DNA of 64,000 nt from Batkoa obscura (Eukaryota), in the NCBI GenBank assembly GCA_030770535.1, contig JASVEC010000002.1, forward strand, positions 310,001 to 374,000, given 5' to 3'. Below are positions 37,344-50,079 of this stretch, piece by piece. Position 1 is the first letter of the stretch; every line of letters begins with the position of its first letter. Under the pieces are notes generated by a model. The model was not told the DNA's origin and searched no databases. It saw only the letters and a program-made list of their open reading frames with translations. The translations under genes and the position numbers were made by a program.

Positions 37344-37438
37344 TTAAAATTAAGCAAAAATGTAACTATTTTTGTAGCATTTGGTGTTTAATGTAATTTT
37401 TGCTAAAAATCAAAATTGAGTAAAGTTTGAATTAAGCT
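37344..37438. repeat. ~95-bp repeat, inverted partner of 40057-40153
   Basis: AAGCAAAAATGTAACTATTTTTGTAGCATTTG..TTTTTGCTAAAAATCAAAATTGAGTAAA is the reverse complement of the 40.1-kb sequence. Confidence 0.85.
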
Positions 37439-38593
37439 TCTAAACTAACCCACATCTTTTTTTATTTTTACTCAAGTTTTAAAAATGTGATATTTAAACT
37501 GTTAGAGTAATTTATTATATCAAATTAATTAAAACTTAAGCTATAAATATTAATATAAGTAACTTTATATTGCTAATATATCAATATTTTTTGATAATCT
37601 AATTTATTTGAAAATAGTTTATTTATTTATCATAAAGCTATTTTTTTAATTATTTTAATTTCCAATTATTTTTGATAGTTAGAAAATAACTGGCAATAAG
37701 CATACAAACATTCAGTTTATTTCAGTGTTAATATTATATTAAAGATTAACAATTTAACTAAAATTTAAAAATAATACTCAAGTTAATTAAGGTTTTATTA
37801 TTTATTAAAACATTTTTCAAAAGAAAAGTATAAATAAAATTAATAATCATAATTTATTAACAATACTTTTGATAGCATTTTCAAATAAAAAATAGAAGAT
37901 ATTATTAATATTATTAATATTATTAATATTATTAAACATAAGGTGATAATAATTATAATATTTTATTCACTATTCTATTATTTTTAGAGTTACCAAGCTT
38001 TTTAAGTACAGATTTATAATTTTCTTTCAATGGTTTCAATTAACCTCTTGTTTCTTAAAAAGAATCTCTTTGTAGTCATTTTCAAAGTTGACAACTTTAC
38101 CTTAGAGGATTTAAAGAAGATAAGAATTTGAAACGGAGTTGGGGACTTTAAAAATGAAAGTAAAAAAATGAAAGTAAAAAAATAAAAGTAAAGAAAAAGA
38201 TTAATTAAAATTGACTAAAGAACCTCTAATAACTTGAAATTGATATCAAAAGAGAGGTTAAGTATGTTAGTTTATGTTTGTAAATTTTAAATTAAACATT
38301 GTAAAATTACTAAAAATAAAGTTAGTTGATGATTTTTATTTTAAATCCTTAGTTATTAATTTATTAACTAAGGGTAATAAAAGAACATGAAATTTCATTG
38401 GAGAATTAACTAGAGGCTCTAAAAAATATGATCCTAATAAAATCAGATCTTTTTTATTCTTTATTATTTACACTTTTTCAACATCTAATTCTCAACTCTG
38501 TTTAAAAGCTGTGCTTTCTAACTTTCATCAATACTCTCTCTTTTAAATTTTTATAATTTTATAATTTATTAAATAATACACTTAACAGTCAAA

Positions 38594-38630
38594 AATTAAC
38601 AATTAACAATTAACAATTAACAATTAACAA
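38594..38630. repeat. 7-bp tandem repeat (AATTAAC) x5 just upstream of the RGS ATG
   Basis: Directly visible. Confidence 0.85.
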
Positions 38631-38639
38631 GGACATTCA

Positions 38640-39767
38640 ATGTTTTTCAATAAATTATTTAGTTCTAAACCCAGCTTAGAAGATATCTTGAGTAATTCCA
38701 GTTTACCACCTTATTCCTTACATGACTTTCGAAACTATTTATTTTATTATGAACATACTTTAGAAAACTTAGAGTTCTTATTTTGGTATGATAACTATTT
38801 GATTCGATATAATCAAAAGCAATATCACAAGCAATATAAGATTTTAGTCGATGCAAGTAATTTACCCAACTCAATATTGAGTTTAATTCCAATAGGTGAT
38901 AAGAACTTAATCCCAAATCAACTTACTATTAATACTAATAATATCGTCATTGAAGATCAATTAGTTCAATTTTGTAAACAAACTTCTCCATTTTGTGATG
39001 AATTACAAGACATTTTAAACCTGTTTTTAGTACCTAATGCACCAATGGAATTGAATTTAGCTTATTCAATAAAGAAAGGAGTCTTATTAAATAATTACTT
39101 AGAAACTAATCCAGAACGTTTAAGTCCAATTGCTAATCATTGTTATGAAATATTATCTCAATCTTATTCTAAATTCCTATTACATAATTCCAAGTTAAAA
39201 TGTCAATGTGGTACTGTCAAAAGATTATCTCCAAGTATTTTATTATATATAATAATTATTATTATGTTAATTAATTTCATCTTATTTCAACTTGATCCAT
39301 TAATTCGATTAGTTATTTTACCTTTATTATTTTTAGCTAACCTATTACCCTTTATAACTGTAGTTAGTTCTTGTCCAATTCAATTAGTTAATCAATTTAA
39401 GCATACCAGTCGAAATTGTTCTAATAACAAGAATGAAGCTTGTTGTTCAGATGAAAAATCACAAGTTACTATGACACCATCTGAAAAAGCACCTGTACCA
39501 TCCTCCCCTATTTCTCAATGGGGTAAAGATCCATTTTATCGTTATTTATTAAATCATACCGCTAATAATAAAACATGTCAAATTAATGGCCAATGTTCCA
39601 TATTTAAAGATCCATATGAGTCCGTGGATAATGTTCATATTCCTAGTTTAAGTTGCACATTTAAACTTAGGTTTTTACTTTATTCTTTACTTTTAAGTTT
39701 ATGTTTAATGTTGCCAGTGTATTTTATTCCCAATGTTAACCTTGGTTTAGTAAATGAAATAAATTAA
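38640..39767 (+). CDS. RGS-domain protein with C-terminal TM helices (Rax1-like)
   Basis: LEDILS..PPYSLHDFRNYL..EHTLENLEFLFWY and FLVPNAPMELNL; three hydrophobic segments. Confidence 0.82.
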   Translation: MFFNKLFSSKPSLEDILSNSSLPPYSLHDFRNYLFYYEHTLENLEFLFWYDNYLIRYNQKQYHKQYKILVDASNLPNSILSLIPIGDKNLIPNQLTINTNNIVIEDQLVQFCKQTSPFCDELQDILNLFLVPNAPMELNLAYSIKKGVLLNNYLETNPERLSPIANHCYEILSQSYSKFLLHNSKLKCQCGTVKRLSPSILLYIIIIIMLINFILFQLDPLIRLVILPLLFLANLLPFITVVSSCPIQLVNQFKHTSRNCSNNKNEACCSDEKSQVTMTPSEKAPVPSSPISQWGKDPFYRYLLNHTANNKTCQINGQCSIFKDPYESVDNVHIPSLSCTFKLRFLLYSLLLSLCLMLPVYFIPNVNLGLVNEIN

Positions 39768-39949
39768 GCTGTTTATTGAAGTTGTTTATACGACCCCTTT
39801 TGCTTTGAATAATCGCTCTTTTTTAATTTAACTGAATAATCTATTTTTTTATGTTTGAATCTTTTTAACAGTTTGAAATAGATTTGTTAGTGGTTCAGTT
39901 ACAACAAAATTTTAATAAATAATATAAATTAATTATAGAATAATAATAT

Positions 39950-40041
39950 GGGGATGTTCTTTTTGCTTCATTACTTTTTCCATTTTTTAAGCGCTATTTG
40001 AACAGAAAGATTTTTAGCAAAATTCTTAAAATACACCCCCT
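39950..40041 (+). mobile_element. MITE copy 12
   Basis: Core; ATAT/ATAT flanks. Confidence 0.87.
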
Positions 40042-40056
40042 ATATGGATTTAGTTC

Positions 40057-40153
40057 AACTTAATTCAAATTTTACTCAATTTTGATTTTTAGCAAAAATT
40101 ACATATTGAACATCAAATGCTACAAAAATAGTTACATTTTTGCTTAATTTTAA
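40057..40153. repeat. ~95-bp repeat, inverted partner of 37344-37438
   Basis: Reverse complement of the 37.4-kb copy. Confidence 0.85.
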
Positions 40154-40328
40154 TATATTTATTTTAAATGATATTTAATTGTTTGTCAATATGCATAAAC
40201 AAGCATCATTAGATTAAAATAACTTATGACTTGTTCAAATGACGTGATGCTTTTAAAAGCAAAATTTCAACTAATAATTTTAAAAATGAAAAAATAATCA
40301 TTACTTCTTTATCACTTTATATTTAAAG

Positions 40329-41654
40329 ATGACTATAAAATTAGAACACTTACCTGATGAATTATTAGTCGATGTATTCCAATTAATTAATCCAGTTGAA
40401 CTCTTTCAATATTGTTTTTTAAATAAACATTTCTATCAAACTATATATAAAGTAATTGATTTCAATTTGAAATTATCAATTTATAACGACGATAAATATA
40501 AAGCATATTCCAATTTACAACAAGAATATATAAAGTGTAATGGAAACCTAATGAAGCACATAAACATATCAAGTGATAATATAGATTACTTGAATTATTG
40601 TCCTAATATTGAATCTATTTTTTACTATGTTTGCTATGATGAGAATATCAATAATAAATTAGAAATTGATTTATTAAAGTTAAAGAAATTAAGTATTTAT
40701 AGTTTAAATAGAGATTATAATAAAATTTTCAAACCAATTAGTAAGTATTTAAATCAAATTGAACAATTTGAACTTCAAACAGTCAATGGCGATATTACAA
40801 GTTTTATTAATTATCTAAATCCGGAGAAGTTAGAGAGTTTTAAATTAAATTTCAGTTATGATATATATGTAGATGGATTAGATATAATTAAAAGAGAATT
40901 TAATAAGTTAAAATTATTACATTTAAAAAGCAAAGGAAGTATAATAACCTCTATTGAATTTGATTCCAAACTTAATTTCAATTCAAACTTAAAGTTAATA
41001 ATTGAAGGTTATTTTGATAATGATTTTAATATTAATTGTTTTGGTAATTTAAGTAAATTAAATAATATTAAATTAAATGATCTTTCAAGTTCACTTTTTA
41101 AATTAAATAACGAAAGCAATATGAATATATTATTAAAGCAAGGTAATACTATTATTAAATTAGGCTCATTTAGTTTTCTAGAAGATTCAGATAATATTAA
41201 GATGTTAAGATTAACCAATTTAAGGGAGATTAGTATGAAAAGGTTATCATCCTTATTATTAGATGAAATTAGTAGATTATCAAATATACAAATACTTACT
41301 TTTGATTCTTTATTTCTCAATATAGATTCTATTATTTCTAATTGTATATTATGTTTAAAAAACAATGAACCTTTTCCAATTCAATGCTCATTTATTAAAC
41401 AAATTAATGTTAATGCTATTTCCTTTACTCCCTTACAATTTTTTTGTTTTCTATCTTTATTCCCAAACTTAGAAAAAATTCATATCAAACAGTTTAATTT
41501 ACTTGAAAATTCCAATATCAACATTGATTGTGAGTTTACTGATCCCTTATTACTTATTCTACCTTATAATGTGCCATTAAGTAAAGAGTTTTATGATTTA
41601 ATAATAAACATGCCTATGTTAAACTGGATCAAAGTGGAGCAAGGAAATGAGTAA
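40329..41654 (+). CDS. F-box protein with degenerate LRR-like repeats
   Basis: N-terminal LEHLPDELLVDVFQLI..LNKHFY; CPNIESI, LKLKKLSI, FPNLEKIHI. Confidence 0.72.
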   Translation: MTIKLEHLPDELLVDVFQLINPVELFQYCFLNKHFYQTIYKVIDFNLKLSIYNDDKYKAYSNLQQEYIKCNGNLMKHINISSDNIDYLNYCPNIESIFYYVCYDENINNKLEIDLLKLKKLSIYSLNRDYNKIFKPISKYLNQIEQFELQTVNGDITSFINYLNPEKLESFKLNFSYDIYVDGLDIIKREFNKLKLLHLKSKGSIITSIEFDSKLNFNSNLKLIIEGYFDNDFNINCFGNLSKLNNIKLNDLSSSLFKLNNESNMNILLKQGNTIIKLGSFSFLEDSDNIKMLRLTNLREISMKRLSSLLLDEISRLSNIQILTFDSLFLNIDSIISNCILCLKNNEPFPIQCSFIKQINVNAISFTPLQFFCFLSLFPNLEKIHIKQFNLLENSNINIDCEFTDPLLLILPYNVPLSKEFYDLIINMPMLNWIKVEQGNE

Positions 41655-43308
41655 TTAAACAGTTAAGGATTTGTATTGAATATATCACTTAAGATCGCTA
41701 AACTATTATTTTTTGTATTATCACAAATATTAAAGAATATATAATTTTAAAGAATGATAGATAAAAATGATTAAAGATAAAAGTAAATAAACATTGAAAA
41801 TAAAGTCATTTTAATTATTGGAATAGACTAATTTAATATAATATTATAAAAAAATAATGTTTGTATAGGGTTAACTCATGATGTCTTCGAGATCTATATT
41901 AGAAAACTATCCATGGCTGAACTTTATAATTATATTCGAAACTCAAATATACAATTATTGAGATAGATCCTTTTTTATCATTAAACTATTAAATTGAAAT
42001 CTTTGCCAAGCTTGGAATTAATTAGATATATTTAAATAGCTATCAATATTTTGAATATAATTAGAGAATAGTTCTTATTTTAACAACAATATTTACTTGT
42101 ATTAATATAGTATTTTTAAGTAGATGGCTCAATTTTAGGTTCTCAAGTAAAACTCAACTTGAAGTCCAATTTACCCTATTAAAAATAATATAGTTATGAT
42201 TATATGTAATATTGTAATTAAAGTGTAATAATGAATTTCAATAGATTGTGTACAAAATATCGTAAAATATTTATTCATTTAAGTGTTGATATGTTTCTAC
42301 TTTGAAAGTGATGAAAGTTCTAAAAATGGAAATTATACACTCAATGACCTTAGTTCCAATATAATTTGCCTTTCAAAGTTGAAAACTGGAACTTAAAAAT
42401 CTAATTGAATTTTTAAAAAATGTATAATCATAATTCTTATTACCAAAAAACATAAGATTTAAAACTATTTAACATAAATCCATGGATTTTGGGTGAATAT
42501 CTATTAGAGTATATTTAAAATAAGACTAATTAAAATGATTCATTACGTAGTTGTAAAATAGAATAGATTGGAAAATAGCTAAAATGTTGCATTTTTTAAT
42601 GATTTTTTAACTGTATTTAGTAATATGATTTAGGAGAAATCAAAAATAGATAGTCTTTTACTGACAAGATTAACAGCCCAAAATTAAGCCTTCTTATTTT
42701 CAACTGAACTTTCTAAAGTACAATTATGTTCATGTTTTTTAATACGTGTCCGCCAATCGTGAATTTCACTACCTATTCATAGAATTAAAAGGCTAAAAAT
42801 AACTGATTTTACTATTTACTGTTTAATTTTTATTTTATTCATTAAAAAGTTATGAAAACTTATTATACTTATGATTTTTATTTTTAAAATGACAGCATTT
42901 AATTTGTTAAGATAATCTTAATGGGAACTACTCAATGTTCTGGTAACTTTGAAATTGACAACAACTAAATTAAGAAAGTTGTGGTGCAAAAATACGGAAA
43001 GCTCTCCTTAAAAATGGAAAATTGTGTAACTTTTTATATTGCCCAGAATATAAATAAAAAATAAAAAGTTTCAAATCAAATTAAAAACTTCAAACACCCA
43101 AAATAACTCATAAATTTATTTCCTTAAATTTTTTAAAAAGAGAACTTTTATATCTTAAAAGATTTAATTTATTTTAGTTTCTACTTTCATACTTTTACAT
43201 TTATATTAATTTCATTATTTTACATACTCATTTAATTCTTATTTAACTACTAGTTTACTTAACTAAATTTAAAATTGGATCCATATCTTCATTTATATAA
43301 ATTAAAAG

Positions 43309-46300
43309 ATGAAGAACAGCGAAAAAAAAGATGTCAATATAGGTTCAAATGAAGTCAACAATAGCTTAATTAATTCTGCGGATACACTTCATTTTGATAC
43401 CGATTTAACAAATAGGGATGGACTATCACCTCAAAGTTTAGAGTTAAGAACCATGCCTAATGAAAGGGAAACATTTCGACCTCGGCCAAAGAAACAAGAT
43501 GCCACACCTTCTAGAAAAGCATCAGGAAGAAGTAGAGCAAGAAGAGATTCGAATGGACCAGAAAGCGGAACTAAGCTTCGACGATGGGTATCAAGTAATT
43601 CTTCTAGGCATCCGAATTTAGCTAGAAAAAAATCGCGTATGATAGATAGGGAACGCTCTAAAGCCATCGGAGCTTGGACCTTATTTTCTTGGCTCGTAAC
43701 ATGTTGTTTCCCACCCTTTTTATTAAAATGGTGTGGTATGAAAAATCGACAAGTACAACAAGCATGGAGAGAAAAAATTAGTTTAGTATTTATTATTGTA
43801 GTAATTTCAGGTGCACTTGGTTTCTTAACATTTGCACTAGAAGCTGTTCTTTGTGGTGATACAAATACAAATAAGATGGCTTATAAAACACTAACTAAAG
43901 AGATGGTAAGTATCAATGGGGTTATTTATAATATTAAAAATTTTGTCCATCCAGAAGCTTTGGTAGGCAAAATTCGTTATGAAGGTGGTTTTGCTTTGGA
44001 TAATGAATCAATTAATGCTGGTACAAAAGATCTTTCTTTTCTATTTCAAGCATTAACGCGTCAAAATCCTGGTAGTTGCAAAGATATCTTATTTTTTGAA
44101 GGGTCAAATAATGATGAACCTCAAAGATATTTTCCATGTCTCCCCATTGATCCATTTTCTTCTGCACCAATACAAGGAAGTAATTCGGATGGTTCTTGCC
44201 ATTTTTCAGTTAATCATAAAGAGTCCTTATCAAAGCTAAAAAAAGTTGGAAATGTGTTTTTTACATGGAAAGAAGTAGAAGATAAAAATAATGGATTAGT
44301 AGTTTATGGTGGTAATGTTATTGATCTTAATAGATTAAAGTGGCTTACGGGTACTGTTGCAATGTCCAGTTTTGTTGCAGATCTTAGAAGAGAAGATAGG
44401 CCATATCTTGGTAAAGATGTTAGTTATTTTTTGCTTAATGAAGATCCAAGCGTTGGTAAATGTTTGATTGATATTTTAAGAGTTGGTATGATAGATACCA
44501 GTACCATTGGATGTTTAACTTCATCTGCGATTCAATATATTATATTAATTGTCATTGTTGCTGTTGTAATTTCTAAATTTTTTATGGCTATTTTCTTTAG
44601 TTGGATTGTAAGCTGGAGATTAGGATCGTTAAATGAACGTACTTATCAAGATAAATTAAAGAGATATGACCAAATGGAGGCTTGGGCTGAAGATCGTGAG
44701 GATAGTAGTGTTACAGAATCAGATACTTCTTTACCTGTAGAACTTACTACAGATTTCACACCAATCAATAACACTAGTTCTAGAATGGGTACTGGACAAG
44801 TACCCTCAGCGAGAAACTCTTCTAATTGTTTATCTACACCTAGAGGAATTGGAATTCATTCTCATGAAGGAGAAATGAAATCAAGAGGAAGCTTCAATTA
44901 TGACCGTCCACCCATATTTGTTCCTCCTGGGATTGACTCTGACCTTGGATTTGCATTACATTATACTATTTCATTAGTGACTTGTTATTCTGAAGGATTT
45001 TCTGGTATAAAGGCTACTCTTGATTCATTAGCAAATACTAATTATCCAAATAATCGACAATTATTATTTGTAATTTGTGATGGTCTTATTACTGGTGCAG
45101 GAAATGAGAAATCTACACCTGACATTTGTTTATCTTTAATGAAAGATTTTGTTATTCCTCCGGATATGGTGCAACCTTACTCTTATGTTGCTATAGCTGA
45201 AGGTTCTAAACGACACAATATGGCTAAAGTGTATGCTGGTTACTATTACCAAACTAATAAAAAGAAAGGTGACGCAAATGAGAAAACAGATAGTCCTTCA
45301 AAGAATCGAGTTCCTATGGTTTTAATAGTCAAATGCGGTACTCCAGAAGAAGCCAATGGGCCCAAACCTGGTAATCGTGGTAAAAGAGATTCTCAAGTAA
45401 TATTGATGTCCTTTTTACAAAAAGCTATATTTGATGACCGTATGAGCGAGTTAGAATATGAGCTCTTCAACGGGTTTTGGAATGTTTCTGGAGTTACTCC
45501 AGATGTTTATGAAACTGTACTTATGGTAGATGCAGATACTGTGGTTGCTCCTGATTCTATTACTAGAATGGTAGCTTGTTTTTCAAGAGATCCTAAAGTG
45601 ATGGGTTTATGTGGTGAAACAAAAATTGCAAACAAATCTCAATCTTGGGTCACAGCTATTCAAGTGTTTGAATACTATATATCCCATCATCTTTCAAAAG
45701 CCTTTGAATCTATTTTTGGTGGTGTTACTTGTCTCCCAGGTTGTTTTTCAATGTACCGGATCAAAGCCCCAAAAAGTAACGGAGATTGGGTTCCTGTTCT
45801 TTGTAATCCAGAAATTTTACAGCAGTATTCCGAAAATGTAGTCATTTCTTTACATCAAAAGAATCTTCTATTGCTAGGTGAAGATCGTTATTTAACAACT
45901 CTCATGTTACGTACATTTCCAAAGCGTAAACTTATTTTTGTTCCTCAAGCTGTTTGTAAAACTATTGTCCCTGATTCATTCTTCGTTTTGTTATCTCAAC
46001 GTCGTCGTTGGATTAACTCTACTGTTCATAATCTATTAGAATTAGTAATAACTAGGGATTTATGTGGTACCTTTTGTTTTTCAATGCAATTCATTGTATT
46101 TATGGAATTGATTGGTACAATAGTTTTACCGTCTGCCATATGCTTCACTATTTATCTGTTAGTAAGAGCCTTTTTAGCACCTAATCCACCAACTATTCCA
46201 TTAGTGATTTTAGCTTTAATTCTTGGTCTTCCTGCTATTTTGATTGTTTTAACTACTCGCCAAATTGGATATATTTTTTGGATGTTTATCTATTTATTAG

Positions 46301-46965
46301 CTTTACCTATTTGGAATTTTATTCTTCCTATTTACTCATTCTGGCATTTTGATGACTTTAGTTGGGGTCAAACACGTATGATTGCTGGAGGGGATAAATC
46401 TGGACACGGTAGTAACGAAGGAGAGTTTGACTCGAGTAACATTGTTATGAAACGTTGGGAAGAATTTGAAAGAGAGAAACGTAGAAGAACTGTTGCAGTG
46501 TTAAGTCAATATGGTACACAAGTCTCTTTACCATCTACTGTTCGTAATGAGCCTTATAAGTATGGAAATAGCAGTAAAAACTTGTTGAATGTACCTGAAG
46601 CTGCCAATTCAAAATATACATTAGACTCTCAAAATAGTAACCATCCTGGTAACTTGGATAATATGGGCTATATGTCGCCAATAGCTTTAAGGAGAGTTTC
46701 TAAAGTAGTTGCTGCTGAAGAAGAAATCAACTCAATTTTAGCCGATAATTATAGCCCAGGTATGGGTGAACATATGGTTCTTTGTGACCAAAATGGACAG
46801 GTATCTCTTCCTTGGAGATCTATGGGATCTTTAGGTAACCCTAGAGCAAGCACATCTGCTTTGAATGTTTCAAGGTTATCATTAGCTAACAATGGATCCA
46901 ATCGTGATATTCTACGTCACTCCATTTTTGACCCAACTTATAACGGTAGTACTCCAAAACATTAA
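43309..46965 (+). CDS. Chitin synthase, division 2 / class IV (Chs3-like), intronless
   Basis: QAWREK, cytochrome-b5-like region, VTCYSEG, GNRGKRDSQ, MVDADT, CLPGCF, LGEDRYL, QRRRWINST, WHFDDFSWG. Confidence 0.97.
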   Translation: MKNSEKKDVNIGSNEVNNSLINSADTLHFDTDLTNRDGLSPQSLELRTMPNERETFRPRPKKQDATPSRKASGRSRARRDSNGPESGTKLRRWVSSNSSRHPNLARKKSRMIDRERSKAIGAWTLFSWLVTCCFPPFLLKWCGMKNRQVQQAWREKISLVFIIVVISGALGFLTFALEAVLCGDTNTNKMAYKTLTKEMVSINGVIYNIKNFVHPEALVGKIRYEGGFALDNESINAGTKDLSFLFQALTRQNPGSCKDILFFEGSNNDEPQRYFPCLPIDPFSSAPIQGSNSDGSCHFSVNHKESLSKLKKVGNVFFTWKEVEDKNNGLVVYGGNVIDLNRLKWLTGTVAMSSFVADLRREDRPYLGKDVSYFLLNEDPSVGKCLIDILRVGMIDTSTIGCLTSSAIQYIILIVIVAVVISKFFMAIFFSWIVSWRLGSLNERTYQDKLKRYDQMEAWAEDREDSSVTESDTSLPVELTTDFTPINNTSSRMGTGQVPSARNSSNCLSTPRGIGIHSHEGEMKSRGSFNYDRPPIFVPPGIDSDLGFALHYTISLVTCYSEGFSGIKATLDSLANTNYPNNRQLLFVICDGLITGAGNEKSTPDICLSLMKDFVIPPDMVQPYSYVAIAEGSKRHNMAKVYAGYYYQTNKKKGDANEKTDSPSKNRVPMVLIVKCGTPEEANGPKPGNRGKRDSQVILMSFLQKAIFDDRMSELEYELFNGFWNVSGVTPDVYETVLMVDADTVVAPDSITRMVACFSRDPKVMGLCGETKIANKSQSWVTAIQVFEYYISHHLSKAFESIFGGVTCLPGCFSMYRIKAPKSNGDWVPVLCNPEILQQYSENVVISLHQKNLLLLGEDRYLTTLMLRTFPKRKLIFVPQAVCKTIVPDSFFVLLSQRRRWINSTVHNLLELVITRDLCGTFCFSMQFIVFMELIGTIVLPSAICFTIYLLVRAFLAPNPPTIPLVILALILGLPAILIVLTTRQIGYIFWMFIYLLALPIWNFILPIYSFWHFDDFSWGQTRMIAGGDKSGHGSNEGEFDSSNIVMKRWEEFEREKRRRTVAVLSQYGTQVSLPSTVRNEPYKYGNSSKNLLNVPEAANSKYTLDSQNSNHPGNLDNMGYMSPIALRRVSKVVAAEEEINSILADNYSPGMGEHMVLCDQNGQVSLPWRSMGSLGNPRASTSALNVSRLSLANNGSNRDILRHSIFDPTYNGSTPKH

Positions 46966-47362
46966 GAAAGATATACAATTAATAGAACAATCGAGTAAAT
47001 TATCCAGATAGTTCAAATTTTATAAAATATGATAATTAATAAAACTGATTATATAAATAATGATACAGAATTAATAGTTTTAATTTAACTCCAAAACTTC
47101 TAAAGCCTCCATTTTTATATTTGAACTGAGGCAATTATGACTTAAATTTACCCAGATTAGGATTTTTAGAATTTACAAGAGTTATTTAAAAAATAGTTTA
47201 TTTTACTATAATTTATAAACTAAATTAGATAATAATAAAAGCAATTTAAGATTAAGATAAATTAATGTCACTTTTAAAATCACTTTATAAATAAAACCAT
47301 GAAATATAAATATTTAAATATTATATATATATTACTAATTAATTTTAATAAAGTGTAAAATA

Positions 47363-48965
47363 TTATTGACAAACTATATTTCTATTGAACGAGTCTTTAG
47401 GTATAATGTTAGCCCAAGTAAAAAGGTTGAATTTTGCTTCAACAATAGTTGACAAACCAAGAGGATATCTAGTAGTTGTTTGGTCTTCATGTGGACAAGC
47501 TGCCATTATATCTAAAAAGGTTCTATCCTAAAGAAATATTAATAACCTGTTAAATTACCCTAGAATTAGCTTACCTGCTGTGATGATGTATAATAATTTA
47601 TATCTATCGTATAATTAGTAAAAGCCTCTCCTTGAATTGGGACATAAAGCGGTTTAACATTGCCATTTCCTATCTGGTTATTGGTGCCTATATCATACAC
47701 CTAAATAAAATTAACATCAACCCATAAATACAAATTAAAGATACTACCTTTCCATTTAGTTCATTTAGCCAAAGTGGATAGAAATTAGGATTATTGATTC
47801 TTAGTTCTATCTGCAATTGAGCTTTAAATGTAGATATTGTTTCATTTACCGTAGTAGTTGGTCCAGATATAATTCTAAACTCAGAACTAGGAGAAATGCC
47901 AGGAATTCTCACCCATAAAAAGAAAAGAATCAACCCAATAAAGAAACAGGCAGCGGTAGTAACAATAACACACATTTTACCAGAGCAACCACATAAACCA
48001 AAGCATGATCTCCTTTTTTCTTTTATAGGGGTTTTAGCATGGCTTGGAACTCTATGGCTTGCTGGATCAAAGGTAGTAGATGGTGAAGCAAATTGATTAT
48101 CTTGATGTTTTAAATTAGTAGCATTTACATGATTAGGTAAATTGGCTCTAGTAACTAATCTTTGATCGTAAAATTGGGATTCTGGTCTTAAAACATGGGC
48201 AGGTGGCCTTGGATCAAACCCTCCATACTCCTCACTATTATTGGCTATAAAAGGCTTATATTCATTTAAAGATTGATTTGAGTTTGATGAAAACTTATTT
48301 GACATTAATTCTAAATCTTCTTTTTGCCCAGCTGCTCGAACATGATTTGGAAGATTGTTTAGCTCGACAAAATCGGCTTTATTTGGTGTTGAACACTGAC
48401 TACTTCTTCGAGATGAATATTTTCCAGGAGGTATGTTGTAAGCATTATTAAAGTGCATAGTTTGCTCATATTGAATATTATGGCTATAGTTGCTCATCCT
48501 GTTGTGTCCATCATAGTGTATATAATCCATATTATTGGGTGGTGAAGTATATTGGTTTTTAACGTAATAATGATTACCATAATTGCTTTCCGGTCTATAA
48601 TCATTAAAGTCTTGATTATAATCTCTATAATAAGAAGTTCTTTGTGTATTACTCATTTGGTTATATGGGCTCTGACTGATTTTATTATTTCCAATAAAAC
48701 TTGGTGACATTCCTCGTTGATAATTGTAATCTGGAGAAAGTACTTTCCTTGGTGAAGAGTTCATTGAATTCGGATATGAGCTATTGGTATTACTGTTGGT
48801 TACATCCCTCACAGAACTATTGCTCAACTGTGGAGTTGATTTTGGATATTGATTTTTATAAGGAGATGTTTTATTTTTTGGCCCTTTGCTATTTGGTGGT
48901 TCTGGTAATCGTTTTGAGCCATTTGCATTAGTTTTTAATTCGCTAGTAATATCGCCTACATACAT
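47363..48965 (-). CDS. Single-pass membrane protein with low-complexity N-terminus and LEA_2-like C-terminal domain (3 exons)
   Basis: Cys-rich juxtamembrane RRSCFGLCGCSGKMC, TM, WVRIP, INNPNFYPL. Exons at ~47700-47576 and ~47527-47363 splice in frame to ..RNIVCQ*. Confidence 0.72.
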
Positions 48966-49913
48966 GTTTACAGATATTGCTTACAGATAGATATTGAACT
49001 TAGAAAAAATTATTTTATAATAGTGTGAATACAATTAGAATCTGGGGGACTGAAAACCAAAGAAACGGTGTTTTAAAAATCATTTTAATAGGTAGTAAAT
49101 TAGTTCAACCACATTATATGGCTTAATTTAGTAATTCATCGCCAATCCCTTAAAGTATGTCCTGCATTTTATTTAACCAATAGAATTTATTCACTTTTAT
49201 AACTGTATGCTAATAATAGCTCCAGGTGCACATTTGATTAAAAGGTTAAAACGTTTCATGGCCTTAAATTGATCCCATTCTATAGTTTAAACTAGCATAA
49301 CTGTATTTTTCTTGTCACACATCTTTATTTAAACTTATAAAATTTCATGTTTTCTTAGCTAATATTAGACTTATTAATTGTTAAAACAATATTAGTATTT
49401 GCTAAAGCCAAATACTATTTGTATAGTACTAATAATTTGATATTTTGACCAAGTAAAAGTTTTGAAGTTGGTTTAATAATAAACAAATTGTTATTTTAAA
49501 TAACAATTTTATCTTGAACTTAAAGCAAACTGCCATATGTTTTTGAATAATTTTATTCAAAACTTCTTATGAGTTGACCATTTAGCAAAATAGTATTGTT
49601 TTATTAGTTATCTGACAAAAGTTATTCAAGAACAAAAATAAAGGCTTTGATAATGTGTTACAAAGTTATAATAAAAATATCTTTATTTAATAAAATGTGT
49701 CTTATATGACTTAAGCAACTATATCGTTGAATTTTACCTTTTTATATATTAATTATAAGTACCAAGGCTTAAGCATAAAAAGTATGTAATAATAAATGTT
49801 AATATTGAGATTTAGCAAAGTTTTAAAAACTGGTAAGGAATAGAGGTTATATGTAAGAATACATCTTATTGATAAAATTTATCTTTATAATCAACTATTG
49901 AACCTAATAATTT

Positions 49914-50010
49914 GGGGATGTATTTTATGTTTAAGAATTTTACTAACAGTTTTTCCGCTTAAATAGCGCTTAAAAATGGAAAAAATAATGAAGTCAAAAA
50001 AAACACTTCT
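49914..50010 (-). mobile_element. MITE copy 13
   Basis: Core; ATTT/ATTT direct flanks. Confidence 0.88.
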
Positions 50011-50079
50011 ATTTAATAAATTATGATATACTGTAAGAACATGCGGGACATTTAATAAATACAAAAATATACACTAACA

